A DNA stretch of 61,896 nt, taken from positions 746,194 to 808,089 of the forward strand of contig OZ246418.1 in assembly GCA_965231155.1 (NCBI GenBank), written 5' to 3'. Every line of letters starts with the position of its first letter. Positions within the stretch are counted from its first letter, which is position 1. The stretch is from an uncultured Candidatus Saccharibacteria bacterium. Its GTDB lineage: Bacteria > Patescibacteriota > Minisyncoccia > UBA6257 > 2-01-FULL-56-20. Positions 24,216 to 34,474 of this stretch are shown here, piece by piece. A model generated the notes under the pieces. The model did not search any database. It was not told where the DNA came from and saw nothing but the letters and a program-made list of their open reading frames with translations. Position numbers and translations under genes: made by a program.

Positions 24216-26423
24216 TTAACCTTGGGTCGGAATGGCCTCCGACTGACGTGGTTCGAGCTTGAGAGACACCACCTTCGAGGTACCATCCGGATTCATAGTA
24301 ACGCCATAGAGCACGTTGGCGGCCTCCATGGTCGCTCGGTTGTGCGTCACGATCACAAACTGAGTCTGATGAGCAAACTTCTTCACCAACTCCGCGAAAC
24401 GACGGGCATTTCGTTCATCGAGTGGTGCATCAATCTCGTCCAGGACCAAAAATGGCGGTGGACTGACCGAGATAAGAGCAAATAAGGCCGCAATACCGAC
24501 CAAACTCCGTTCGCCACCGGACAACATCTCAAGTGAGGTGATTCGCTTCCGAGGAAGCTTCACGTCGATTTCCAAACCCTCCTCGCTCCGCTCATCCGCA
24601 ATAATCTCTTCGACAGCCGCCTCAACGCCTCCTTTCTCCTCTCCTTCATCACCCATCTCCTCGTGAGCCTTCTTCTTTTCTTTCTTCACTACATAAAGTT
24701 TGCCATGACCACCACCAAACATGAGCTCAAAAAAAGTAGCGAATTCTTTATTGATTTTCACTAATGCGGTATCAAATTCATTCCTAATCTTAGAACGAAG
24801 CTCGGCAATTAGTTGACGGAGATCCGCCTTACTCTGCTCAAGATCTGCCGATTCCTTTTCCAAAAAGGTGTAGCGCTCCTCAGCCTCGTTTGCCTCCTTA
24901 ATTAAAGCCTCATCAATCTCACCAATACTCGCCAGATCGCCTCGAAGCTTCAGGATCCGATACTCTGCTTCTGAAAGATTGAAAGTGCTATCAATAACCT
25001 GACCATGTTGAAACTCATGGAGTTTGCGTCCAGCCTGTTCGATGTGTCGATTGAGCTCATCTTCGTGTAGTTTAATTCTCTCTTTTTCTAGAGAAAGAGA
25101 CTGCCCGGCACGTTCCCACGCCTGGAAACGATTCTTGGCCGTCTCCACTTCGTTCACTGCAGATTTAAAGGCTCCATAAAAATCAGACTGCCCCTGTTCA
25201 AGCTCCTGTTCCTCTTTCTGAAGAAGACTGAGATCCTGAGAGAGTTTGGCGAGCTGTTCCTCGATCTTTCTTAAATCCTCCTCGAAGCCAACGTGTTTTG
25301 GTTCAACTTTCTGAGAAGAGGCGAAGAGACTATCAATGCTCTTGAGCGCTTTTCCGACGACAGTCTTTAATAGTTCAAAATCTCCAGAAAGACCTTTCTC
25401 GAGCTCCTGTCGAACAAGGACTACCACCTCGGCGAGCTCCTTATGAGAAGGCAAAGTACCTTGCGGAAGTTCCTTATGATCCTCAAGACGAACCTCTAAG
25501 CGACCGAGATCTTTTTGCAGTCGCCCACGATCCTCAAGGAGAATCTGAATACGACGCTTCACTTCCTGTAACCGTGTTCGTTCCTCTGGCTCTCGTGCTT
25601 CAGTATCTTTTAATTTTTGCTCAGCCGTCTTCTGCTGAGATTCAAGAATGACTCGTTCCTTTTCTCTCTCATCGAGTGCGGTCTGGATCTTCTTCTCCTC
25701 CTCTTTGAGTTTCTGGAACTGCACACTAAAAAACTGATCTTCTAATAATTTCAGTTCAGCCTCTAAAGAACCTCGCTTCTCCCAACGTGCAGTCTGTCGT
25801 TTGAGCGAACGGAGGTGGGGCAAGATTTCCTGAACAAGTGCGGTCACCTTTTCTAAGTTCGCTTCAGCGCTTACCAAGCGTCGCTCAGCATCGGTTTTTT
25901 TGAGCTGGTACTCCCGTAGCCCTAGAATCTCTTCGATCATCCCTCGTCGTTCGAGTGGTGTAGCTCGGATGAACATATCGCTATTGCCCTGAGTGATGAC
26001 CACTAATCCTCGAGCACCTAAACGAGACTGAGCAAAAAAATCTATCAAGTCCTTCAGGCGAACTTCAGCCTTATTAATAAAATACTGGTTACTGCCATCA
26101 CGACTGGCCTGACGAGTGACGATAATGTCCTCGAAATCAACCGGAAAAAACTGATTGGCATTTGAAAACTGCAAAGAAGCCTGCGCTAAGCCCATGCGAG
26201 GTTTTTCTTTGGTGCCAGCGAAAATCAGATCCTCACTTTTAGCACCCCGTAAATTACGCGCTTCTCGTTCTCCCAAGAGCCAACGAATGGCATCAATAAT
26301 ATTCGACTTCCCTGAGCCATTCGGCCCGACAACTGCTGTAATTCCCTCTGGCAACTCCAGGACCGTACGCTGGGCAAATGATTTAAAACCATTCAGTTCA
26401 AGGGATTTAAGGAGTCGGGACAT
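24216..26423 (-). CDS. smc: SMC-family chromosome partition ATPase, unusually short (735 aa)
   Basis: N-terminal head LELNGFKSFA...VVGPNGSGKSNIIDAIRWLLGE and C-terminal head LSGGERSLVGIAALFAL...LVLDEIDAPLD. Only ~385 aa lie between the heads. Confidence 0.85.
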   Translation of the reverse strand: MSRLLKSLELNGFKSFAQRTVLELPEGITAVVGPNGSGKSNIIDAIRWLLGEREARNLRGAKSEDLIFAGTKEKPRMGLAQASLQFSNANQFFPVDFEDIIVTRQASRDGSNQYFINKAEVRLKDLIDFFAQSRLGARGLVVITQGNSDMFIRATPLERRGMIEEILGLREYQLKKTDAERRLVSAEANLEKVTALVQEILPHLRSLKRQTARWEKRGSLEAELKLLEDQFFSVQFQKLKEEEKKIQTALDEREKERVILESQQKTAEQKLKDTEAREPEERTRLQEVKRRIQILLEDRGRLQKDLGRLEVRLEDHKELPQGTLPSHKELAEVVVLVRQELEKGLSGDFELLKTVVGKALKSIDSLFASSQKVEPKHVGFEEDLRKIEEQLAKLSQDLSLLQKEEQELEQGQSDFYGAFKSAVNEVETAKNRFQAWERAGQSLSLEKERIKLHEDELNRHIEQAGRKLHEFQHGQVIDSTFNLSEAEYRILKLRGDLASIGEIDEALIKEANEAEERYTFLEKESADLEQSKADLRQLIAELRSKIRNEFDTALVKINKEFATFFELMFGGGHGKLYVVKKEKKKAHEEMGDEGEEKGGVEAAVEEIIADERSEEGLEIDVKLPRKRITSLEMLSGGERSLVGIAALFALISVSPPPFLVLDEIDAPLDERNARRFAELVKKFAHQTQFVIVTHNRATMEAANVLYGVTMNPDGTSKVVSLKLEPRQSEAIPTQG

Positions 26424-26427
26424 TCTT

Positions 26428-27150
26428 CTATGAAGTAGTTTCTTCTGTTTTGTACTCTTCTAATGCCTTCTTAGCCGCATCAACCTCTGCTTCCTGTTTT
26501 GAGTTTCCCTGGCCTTCGCTGATAAACTCACTGCCAAAGTAAACTCCCACCTTAAATATTCTATCATGAGCCGGCCCTTGCTCCTCTAAAACCTTATAGG
26601 TCGGTGTGAGCCTCTTCTCTTCCTGGATGATTTCCTGCAACTCACTCTTCGGATCTTTATAGCTTTTTGTCTTCAAAACTTCCTCAAGATGTGTGAAGAC
26701 CACCTGTTCAATAAATGAATGTGCCACCTTAAATCCTTGATCGAGGTAGATTGCTCCCACCACTGATTCAAAGGCATTGGCCAGAATTACTTCGTGTGCA
26801 CGACCACTATCTTTTGCCTCACCCCGAGACATCAGAATAAATTTATGTAGATTAATTTCGCTGGCCACCTTCGCTAAGCGCTGGTAGTTCACTAGAGCAG
26901 CACGTAGCATCGTCATCTGCCCCTCAGGAGCATCTGGAAATTTCTTGAACAACAAAACGGAAACGGAAAGTTCTAACACCGCATCGCCCAAAAACTCTAA
27001 CCGTTCGTTATGACGAAACGGCCAACTATGATTCTCGTTTAAATAAGAACGATGCGTAATAGCCTCTCGAAGAAGATCCTTGTTGACGAATTTTACATTC
27101 AGTTTTTCTTCGAGCGCCGTAGTGTCGGTTGTTGTTTTACTAGAACTCAT
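26428..27150 (-). CDS. rnc: ribonuclease III
   Basis: ERLEFLGDAVLE signature plus a C-terminal dsRBD. Confidence 0.95.
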   Translation of the reverse strand: MSSSKTTTDTTALEEKLNVKFVNKDLLREAITHRSYLNENHSWPFRHNERLEFLGDAVLELSVSVLLFKKFPDAPEGQMTMLRAALVNYQRLAKVASEINLHKFILMSRGEAKDSGRAHEVILANAFESVVGAIYLDQGFKVAHSFIEQVVFTHLEEVLKTKSYKDPKSELQEIIQEEKRLTPTYKVLEEQGPAHDRIFKVGVYFGSEFISEGQGNSKQEAEVDAAKKALEEYKTEETTS

Positions 27151-27164
27151 TTTGAAAATTACTT

Positions 27165-27596
27165 TTATTGCTTTTTCTCTCCCTGCATCTCCTTATAAAC
27201 CGTCCCTAAAACTCCATTAATAAAACGTCCGGCATTAGGACCTCCGTAGTTTTTGGCCAACTCAATCGATTCGTTGATGGCTACTTTTGGTGGAACCTCT
27301 TCTGGATTCGCATACATCAGCTCGTAAAGTCCAAGACGGAGAATATTACGGTCGATCACGGCAATACGATCCAGGGGCCATTCTGGTGCTACCTCACCGA
27401 TTTTTCCGTCGACATCTTTTAAATGTTCAGCTACTCCCTTCAGAATCTTCCAGGCAAACTCTGGCTCATCAACGTCTGGTGCGAAATCCTTCATATTCCG
27501 TTCTAAGATCTCGGTGATATCTTTTTTCCCACCATAAAAATCCCACTCATAAAGAGTCTGGAGAATTACTGCGCGGAGAAGGTGCCGGGTAGCCAT
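27165..27596 (-). CDS. nusB: transcription antitermination factor NusB
   Basis: Length and helical pattern fit NusB, with ...[12 protein letters not shown]...FINGVLG. Confidence 0.9.
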   Translation of the reverse strand: MATRHLLRAVILQTLYEWDFYGGKKDITEILERNMKDFAPDVDEPEFAWKILKGVAEHLKDVDGKIGEVAPEWPLDRIAVIDRNILRLGLYELMYANPEEVPPKVAINESIELAKNYGGPNAGRFINGVLGTVYKEMQGEKKQ

Positions 27597-27653
27597 AGTT
27601 GTAAAAAGAGCGAAAGTTTGTAGGTACTAAGGGTTAGATCATTGGCAACCGAT

Positions 27654-27803
27654 CTACTTGCCACACTGCGGACAGGTTCGGTGCGCGAGCTTCGGACCGT
27701 TGCAGTGAGGGCACACGAAGACTCTCTGCTTCTTCATGGCCATATGCGATCGGCGTCGGCCTACTTTACCTTTGGTATGATGTTTAATTGGTACTCCTCC
27801 CAT
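27654..27803 (-). CDS. rpmF: 50S ribosomal protein L32 (49 aa; absent from the supplied ORF track)
   Basis: The reverse strand translates to MGGVPIKHHTKGKVGRRRSHMAMKKQRVFVCPHCNGPKLAHRTCPQCGK, with an L32 KRRSH-like motif and a CxxC...CxxC zinc ribbon. Confidence 0.85.
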   Translation of the reverse strand: MGGVPIKHHTKGKVGRRRSHMAMKKQRVFVCPHCNGPKLAHRTCPQCGK

Positions 27804-27834
27804 GGGTTTTTATATGCCTTATTTAATAGGAATT

Positions 27835-27863
27835 ATAGTAGCGTAATTATTGGGATAGGTCAA
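27835..27863 (-). promoter_or_regulatory. promoter of rpmF
   Basis: TTGACC (27863-27858), 17-nt spacer, TACTAT (27840-27835); about 31-nt leader. Confidence 0.5.
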
Positions 27864-27878
27864 CTTACTCCGTCTTCA

Positions 27879-27920
27879 CTTATTTTTTCCCTATCCAAAA
27901 GGCATAACGGAAAAAATAAG
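27879..27920. repeat. 12-bp-stem hairpin with the conserved loop CTATCCAAAAGGCATAAC (copy 2 of the recurring motif)
   Basis: CTTATTTTTTCC (27879-27890) pairs perfectly with GGAAAAAATAAG (27909-27920). The loop matches 17/18 positions of the loop at 7064-7081, while the stems are unrelated in sequence. Confidence 0.6.
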
Positions 27921-27937
27921 GAAAGCCCTCACTGGGG

Positions 27938-28531
27938 TTAATGCAAGAAGCTCAAGCGATGCGTCGGGGAAGGACCAAATTTTTTAATAGCCTTCATATG
28001 GGCTTTGGTGCCGTATCCTTTATGCACCTCAAACCCATACACTGGATATTTTTTTGCCAACTGGGTCATATATCGATCCCTTGTGACTTTAGCGATGATC
28101 GAGGCCATCATAATAGGCAAATGTTTTTCGTCACCCTTCACAATTGTTTTCGCTCCCAAGCCAAGACTATATTTTTTATTTTTTAGATAAAGTCCCCCAT
28201 CAAGCAGAACTTTATGACTCCTCTCTATTTTTTTATCTTTTTTTAAAACGACTTCATACGCTCGTAAGGCTGCTCTATTGGCGGCCGCGGAAATATTTAT
28301 AGCATCAATTCTTTTTGGATATACCCTGGCCACGCCAAAAACTACTTCTGGATAGTTCTGAAAAATTTCAAACCAGCCCTCTCGCGAAGAAGTAGAAAGC
28401 TGCTTTGAGTCCCTTAAATCCCTCGAATTTTTCTTCAACCGAAAATTGCGAGGAATCGCCACCGCCACTACCATGACAGGACCAGCTAAGGGACCCCGTC
28501 CGACTTCATCAATGCCGATAATGTAATCCAC
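27938..28531 (-). CDS. rnhB: ribonuclease HII
   Basis: IGIDEVGRGPLAGPV N-terminal motif, plus DSKQL and ASIIAKVTRD. Confidence 0.9.
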   Translation of the reverse strand: MDYIIGIDEVGRGPLAGPVMVVAVAIPRNFRLKKNSRDLRDSKQLSTSSREGWFEIFQNYPEVVFGVARVYPKRIDAINISAAANRAALRAYEVVLKKDKKIERSHKVLLDGGLYLKNKKYSLGLGAKTIVKGDEKHLPIMMASIIAKVTRDRYMTQLAKKYPVYGFEVHKGYGTKAHMKAIKKFGPSPTHRLSFLH

Positions 28532-28551
28532 TTAGTTATTCTACTTGACCA

Positions 28552-29106
28552 CTACCGCAAGTACGAAGTATGAGCAAGTTTATAAATGAGATATTCAGTG
28601 AGATCGTGTCCGATTTCTCCTTTCTCGATCAGACGCATAGCTTCTTTCAAATTCAGAAAAGCGATCTCGATATCTTCGTCCTCATCCTCGAGCAACTTTG
28701 AAGAAGAAAGTTCCTGGGCTAAAAAGACGTATCGTTGCCAATCGAGTGTCTGCCCCATTCTTGTTTCGTGAAACAACTTTAACTGCTTTGCCCTTAGTCC
28801 GGTCTCCTCGCGAAGTTCCCTCTGTGCCGCAACGCGAGCCGACTCTCCCTTCTCGATTGTGCCACCTGGTAAACGCCAGACACGTTTCTTGTATATCGGA
28901 CGATACTCGCGATTGAGTAAAAGTTTATTCTGATCGTCCAGCGCCATCACAGTGACAGATGGTGCGCGAACTACTACCTCAAACTTACCCTTGTGACCGC
29001 TCGGCAACACCACTTCTGCCTCTCGAACTTTAAAAAGTGAGCCATCAAAAACCGTCTCAAACTTCCCAATCTTTGACTCTTCTTTTTTATTTTTCAAATT
29101 TTTCAT
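28552..29106 (-). CDS. NUDIX hydrolase
   Basis: Nudix box GGTIEKGESARVAAQRELREETG. Confidence 0.85.
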   Translation of the reverse strand: MKNLKNKKEESKIGKFETVFDGSLFKVREAEVVLPSGHKGKFEVVVRAPSVTVMALDDQNKLLLNREYRPIYKKRVWRLPGGTIEKGESARVAAQRELREETGLRAKQLKLFHETRMGQTLDWQRYVFLAQELSSSKLLEDEDEDIEIAFLNLKEAMRLIEKGEIGHDLTEYLIYKLAHTSYLR

Positions 29107-29120
29107 CGACTAATAATCTT

Positions 29121-29206
29121 TGGTGCGCGGGAGAGGAGTCGAACCTCCATGCCCTTACGGGCGCTACCACCTCAAGGTAGTGCGTCTGCCATTTCGCCAC
29201 CCGCGC
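29121..29206 (-). tRNA. tRNA-Leu (anticodon GAG), long variable arm, CCA encoded
   Basis: The reverse complement is GCGCGGGTGGCGAAATGGCAGACGCACTACCTTGAGGTGGTAGCGCCCGTAAGGGCATGGAGGTTCGACTCCTCTCCCGCGCACCA. Confidence 0.9.
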
Positions 29207-29243
29207 AAATACTGGTCTTGAGGATTATATGGATAAACCCTGA

Positions 29244-30670
<1,427 letters not shown>

Positions 30671-30675
30671 AGAAT

Positions 30676-31065
30676 TTAGCCAAGAATCTCCTTAACTCGG
30701 GAGACGAGCTTGGTATCAATTTCTGATTTATTAATGTAATCCGTGGCTCCCGACTCCTTAGCAAAATGGACATCAACTTCCCGGCCAGCTTCACGAAGAT
30801 CGCCAAAATTGCTTAGAAAAACTACCTTGATATCCTTAACCTCATCTTTACTCTTTAGCTTGGCCAAAGTTTCAGCGCCATCCATACCTGGCATCTTCAT
30901 ATCGAGAAGAATCAGATCTGGTTTGAGCTGTTCGGCATGAACTAAGGCTTGTTCACCATTCTCGGCTGTCGCGATTCGGAAACCGCTCGCACCTAACTGA
31001 GCGGATATAATCTCTCGGAAATTAGCTTCGTCATCTACCACTAAAACCAGTGGTGCTTCACTCAT
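30676..31065 (-). CDS. single-domain response regulator (receiver only)
   Basis: VLVVDDE...LILLDMKMPGMDG...; no output domain. Confidence 0.85.
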   Translation of the reverse strand: MSEAPLVLVVDDEANFREIISAQLGASGFRIATAENGEQALVHAEQLKPDLILLDMKMPGMDGAETLAKLKSKDEVKDIKVVFLSNFGDLREAGREVDVHFAKESGATDYINKSEIDTKLVSRVKEILG

Positions 31066-31167
31066 ATGGATAGATTATAGCATAGGAGTCTTCAAATAAG
31101 GCAATAGCAAACTGAATATACCCCTATTGGCCAGAAGGAAGTTTGTGGTTTAAAATAGGGAACAACT

Positions 31168-31890
31168 ATGAATAAGATCATTTTAGAAGTTCGAGCAGGA
31201 ACCGGCGGTGATGAGGCGGGACTTTTTGCAGGCGACTTAGGAAGAATGTATCAGCGCTACTGCCAGATGAAGGGCTGGAAGTTCAACGTAATCGACTCAA
31301 GCGAAAATACTCAGGGTGGATTTAAAACCTTAATTGCTGAGGTTGTTGGTGATGGCGCGTATGAAGCTTTAAAACAAGAGTCGGGCGTTCATCGAGTCCA
31401 GCGTGTCCCCAAAACAGAACGAGCTGGTCGCGTGCACACCTCAACTGCCTCAGTGATTGTGCTCCCTATCGTGGAAGCCAAAGAGGTAGACATTAAAGAT
31501 AGCGAACTCGAAGTAACCTTTTCTCGGGCTGGTGGACCAGGCGGGCAAAACGTTAACAAAATTGAAAGTGCGGTCCGCGTCCTTCATAAACCAACTGGCA
31601 TCGTGGTCTCCTCTCGTACCGAGCGTCAGCAACATGCCAATCGTGAAAAAGCCATGGACGTCTTACGTGCCAAACTTTTCGAGATGAATAAACTCGAAGC
31701 AGAATCGAAAATCGGCGGAATCCGGCGAGAGCAAGTTTCGAGCGCCGATCGCTCAGAAAAAATCCGCACCTACAACTTTCCTGAAGATCGTATTACGGAC
31801 CACCGGATTGGCAAGAAGTTCCACAACATCGAAAAAATCCTCGACGGCGATATGGAACCGATCGTGAAGGCGTTCGCCAAGACTCAGTAG
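31168..31890 (+). CDS. prfA: peptide chain release factor 1, N-terminally truncated form (240 aa, lacks domain 1)
   Basis: It starts at [20 protein letters not shown], which aligns to about residue 110 of E. coli RF1. It has a P-K-T tripeptide (the RF1 PxT motif) and GGQ ([11 protein letters not shown]). The upstream 100 nt are non-coding. Confidence 0.85.
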   Translation: MNKIILEVRAGTGGDEAGLFAGDLGRMYQRYCQMKGWKFNVIDSSENTQGGFKTLIAEVVGDGAYEALKQESGVHRVQRVPKTERAGRVHTSTASVIVLPIVEAKEVDIKDSELEVTFSRAGGPGGQNVNKIESAVRVLHKPTGIVVSSRTERQQHANREKAMDVLRAKLFEMNKLEAESKIGGIRREQVSSADRSEKIRTYNFPEDRITDHRIGKKFHNIEKILDGDMEPIVKAFAKTQ

Positions 31891-31897
31891 AAAGATT

Positions 31898-33796
31898 CTA
31901 TTCCACCACTCCTCGAATACGCCGCACACCAGCCGCGACGGCTTCTTCCTTGGCAATTTTAAACTTCAGAACCTCGCCGGTGTGATTGACGTGTGGTCCA
32001 CCACAAAACTCTTTACTCCAGGCAGTCTCTAACGTATCTCCCATAAAATAGACATTCACTGGATCGGGATATTTTTGCTTGAAGAAAAACAAAGCGCCCG
32101 TTTTTTCGGCTTCAGCTTTTGGCATGACTACTTTCTGCACCTTAAGATCTTCTTCAATTTTTTCATTCACTCGTGCCTCTACCTTCTGAATCTCTTCTGG
32201 GGTAAGTTTCCGAGAAAAAGTGAAATCAAATCGTGTTCGCTCAACAGTAATATCCGAACCGGCCTGCTTCACTTCTGAGCCAAGCACGTCACGGAGGGCC
32301 TGCTGGAGCATATGCGTGGCGGTGTGAAGACGGGTCACAACCACCAACTCCTTCTCATCGCGCGCTTTAATTTCTCCGGTATCAAGAAGCAAGCCATGTC
32401 CCCCAAATTTTTTCTCCTGACCAGCCCGCGAAATCTCCTGATGTTTTTCGAATTCTTTTTTAAAATCTGAGTCATCCACCACCTTTCCGGCTTCCACACC
32501 CAACTCCTTTGTAAGTTCAAATGGAAACCCATATGACTGATGAAGGTCAAAGGCATCCTTCCCCGTAATCGTGGCAAGTTTTTTAAATTCCCCAAATCCC
32601 CGTTCCAGAGTTCTCGAAAACTTTTCGTATTCAGCATTGAGGGTATCTAAAATTTCTTTTTCTTTCACCTTCAGTTCTGGATAAGCCTCCTTATAAGAAT
32701 CGGCAACTGACTTCACGAGCGATTCAACCCAGCCAGATCGAAGCCCTAAAATACGTCCATGCGCCATAGCTCGACGTATCAAACGACGCAAGACATACCC
32801 CTGTCCCTTATTGGAAGGCAGAATGCCATCACTGACCAAGAAAGTCGCTCCTCGAAGGTGATCTAAGATAACTCGAATGCGCCGAGTATCTTCATCTTTA
32901 AAGGTCTGCTCAGAAAAACTCTTCAGTCGTTCTCGCATCTTCTGAAAGATATCGAGATGAAATACATCAGGATCATTATTAGAAGCCGCAGTAATACGCT
33001 CTAACCCAGATCCATGATCAATATTTTTTGATTTTAGTGGTACAAATTTTCCTTCGGCTTCTTTGCGATACGCCATAAAGACATTGTTACCAACCTCCAT
33101 AAAGCGACCACAGTCGCAGTTAGGATGGCAGTGCTCTCCAAATTTTGGATCATGCGGCGTGCCAAAATCAAAAAACATCTCTGAATCTGGTCCGCATGGA
33201 TCGGCGATCGGCGTCGTTGCCGGTCCGGTCTTTCCACGATTCCACCAGTTCTTTGATCCATCATAGAAAAAGATGCGCTCACCTGGCTTCATCCCTCGCG
33301 TATATCCATCAGCCTCCGAGCCAATGTCTGCCTCCGAAGCCGGAATCCCCTGCCTTTCAAATTCTTTTTTCCAGAGCGCGGCCGCCTCAGTATCTTTCGG
33401 AATGTTGTACTCCGGGGCGCCAATAAAACAGGTCACGTACAACTTATTCGGATCAAGACCAATTTCTTTAGTTAAAAATTCAAACATCCACGGAATCTGT
33501 TCCTCCTTAAAATAATCGCCAAGCGACCAGTTTCCGAGCATTTCAAAAAACGTCGTATGACGATTATCGCCAATTTCTTCAATGTCCTCAGCGCGAAAAC
33601 TTTTCTGCGAATCAGTCAGACGTTTTCCTCCTGGATGCGTCTCGCCTAAAAGATATGGCAGGAGCGGTTGCATCCCCGAACCAGTGAAAAGCGTAGTGGC
33701 ATCCCCTTCGGGAATCAAAGAGGCCGAAGGAATAATCTGATGTCCCTGTTTTTTAAAAAACTCAAGATATTTGCTCCGTACTTCGTTCAGTGTCAT
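31898..33796 (-). CDS. alaS: alanine--tRNA ligase, short form (632 aa, no C-Ala domain)
   Basis: N-terminal RSKYLEFFKKQGHQIIPSASLIP, and editing-domain motifs HTATHMLQQAL and CGGPHV. Confidence 0.9.
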   Translation of the reverse strand: MTLNEVRSKYLEFFKKQGHQIIPSASLIPEGDATTLFTGSGMQPLLPYLLGETHPGGKRLTDSQKSFRAEDIEEIGDNRHTTFFEMLGNWSLGDYFKEEQIPWMFEFLTKEIGLDPNKLYVTCFIGAPEYNIPKDTEAAALWKKEFERQGIPASEADIGSEADGYTRGMKPGERIFFYDGSKNWWNRGKTGPATTPIADPCGPDSEMFFDFGTPHDPKFGEHCHPNCDCGRFMEVGNNVFMAYRKEAEGKFVPLKSKNIDHGSGLERITAASNNDPDVFHLDIFQKMRERLKSFSEQTFKDEDTRRIRVILDHLRGATFLVSDGILPSNKGQGYVLRRLIRRAMAHGRILGLRSGWVESLVKSVADSYKEAYPELKVKEKEILDTLNAEYEKFSRTLERGFGEFKKLATITGKDAFDLHQSYGFPFELTKELGVEAGKVVDDSDFKKEFEKHQEISRAGQEKKFGGHGLLLDTGEIKARDEKELVVVTRLHTATHMLQQALRDVLGSEVKQAGSDITVERTRFDFTFSRKLTPEEIQKVEARVNEKIEEDLKVQKVVMPKAEAEKTGALFFFKQKYPDPVNVYFMGDTLETAWSKEFCGGPHVNHTGEVLKFKIAKEEAVAAGVRRIRGVVE

Positions 33797-33823
33797 GTTG
33801 TACAGAATATAACGAAATTTAAG

Positions 33824-33856
33824 AAAATAAAAACCCCGAGTAGTAAGCTACTGGGG
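33824..33856 (-). terminator. intrinsic terminator of the 33848-34396 gene
   Basis: The minus strand reads CCCCAGTAG-cttA-CTACTCGGGG followed by TTTTTATTTT. The stop codon lies inside the stem. Confidence 0.65.
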
Positions 33857-34396
33857 CAAGGAAACTGGAATCTCAGGGTTGACGGCGATGAACACTTCCC
33901 GACCGAATTGCCAGGCTTCATAGCGAAGATATTCGATGGCACTACCAAGAGAGCCACCCCACTCATAGTTCGCCGGACTGACGTCATCCCTCATTGAGGA
34001 GAAGCGAAGAAGTTGACCTAGGGTGTAAGTGATGACTGGATTCTCTGGCAACGAAAAAGAAAATCGTTGCTGATCCTCTGATAACGACTCCCCTGACTGT
34101 CCTCGCTGGAATGACTCCCAGCAGGCGATTCGAATCATCTCGCCCAGAGTCGTCTCTTCAATCGGAAGTTGGAAGAGAAGAAATAGAACATCCATAGTTT
34201 CGTCCTGTCGCGGACAAACATGGGCGCCCATCCTCCTTCTCTCCCAGGTCACAAAGTAATCTCTCTGCTTCTGACTAGACGGCAGTCGAAGAAGCAAGAA
34301 CTGCTCCTCTTCGCCATCCTTCACGTATCCAAAAACAAACATCATGGCCTCCTGTGCTGCCAAAAAAATGCCACAAAAAAGAAATGTGGTCAACAT
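33848..34396 (-). CDS. hypothetical protein (start uncertain; possibly MMFVFGYVKDG)
   Basis: An ORF with its own terminator and intermediate GC; no motif recognised. Confidence 0.45.
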   Translation of the reverse strand: MLTTFLFCGIFLAAQEAMMFVFGYVKDGEEEQFLLLRLPSSQKQRDYFVTWERRRMGAHVCPRQDETMDVLFLLFQLPIEETTLGEMIRIACWESFQRGQSGESLSEDQQRFSFSLPENPVITYTLGQLLRFSSMRDDVSPANYEWGGSLGSAIEYLRYEAWQFGREVFIAVNPEIPVSLPQ

Positions 34397-34420
34397 TCTC
34401 CCCTACTACCCTCCCGTGGA

Positions 34421-34474
34421 GTAGACACCTTTTGAAAACAATAAAGGAAGTCCTTGTTTTCAGGAGGTGTCTAC
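34421..34474 (-). terminator. long nested hairpin at the rpoD stop codon
   Basis: GTAGACACCT...GAAAACAA-N12-TTGTTTTC...AGGTGTCTAC. There is no clear T-run. Confidence 0.5.

Noticed and set aside
27642-27941. A 99-aa plus-strand ORF in the nusB-rnhB spacer.
   Set aside because: The opposite strand encodes a textbook ribosomal protein L32 (27654-27803) with its own promoter. The plus-strand ORF has no support.
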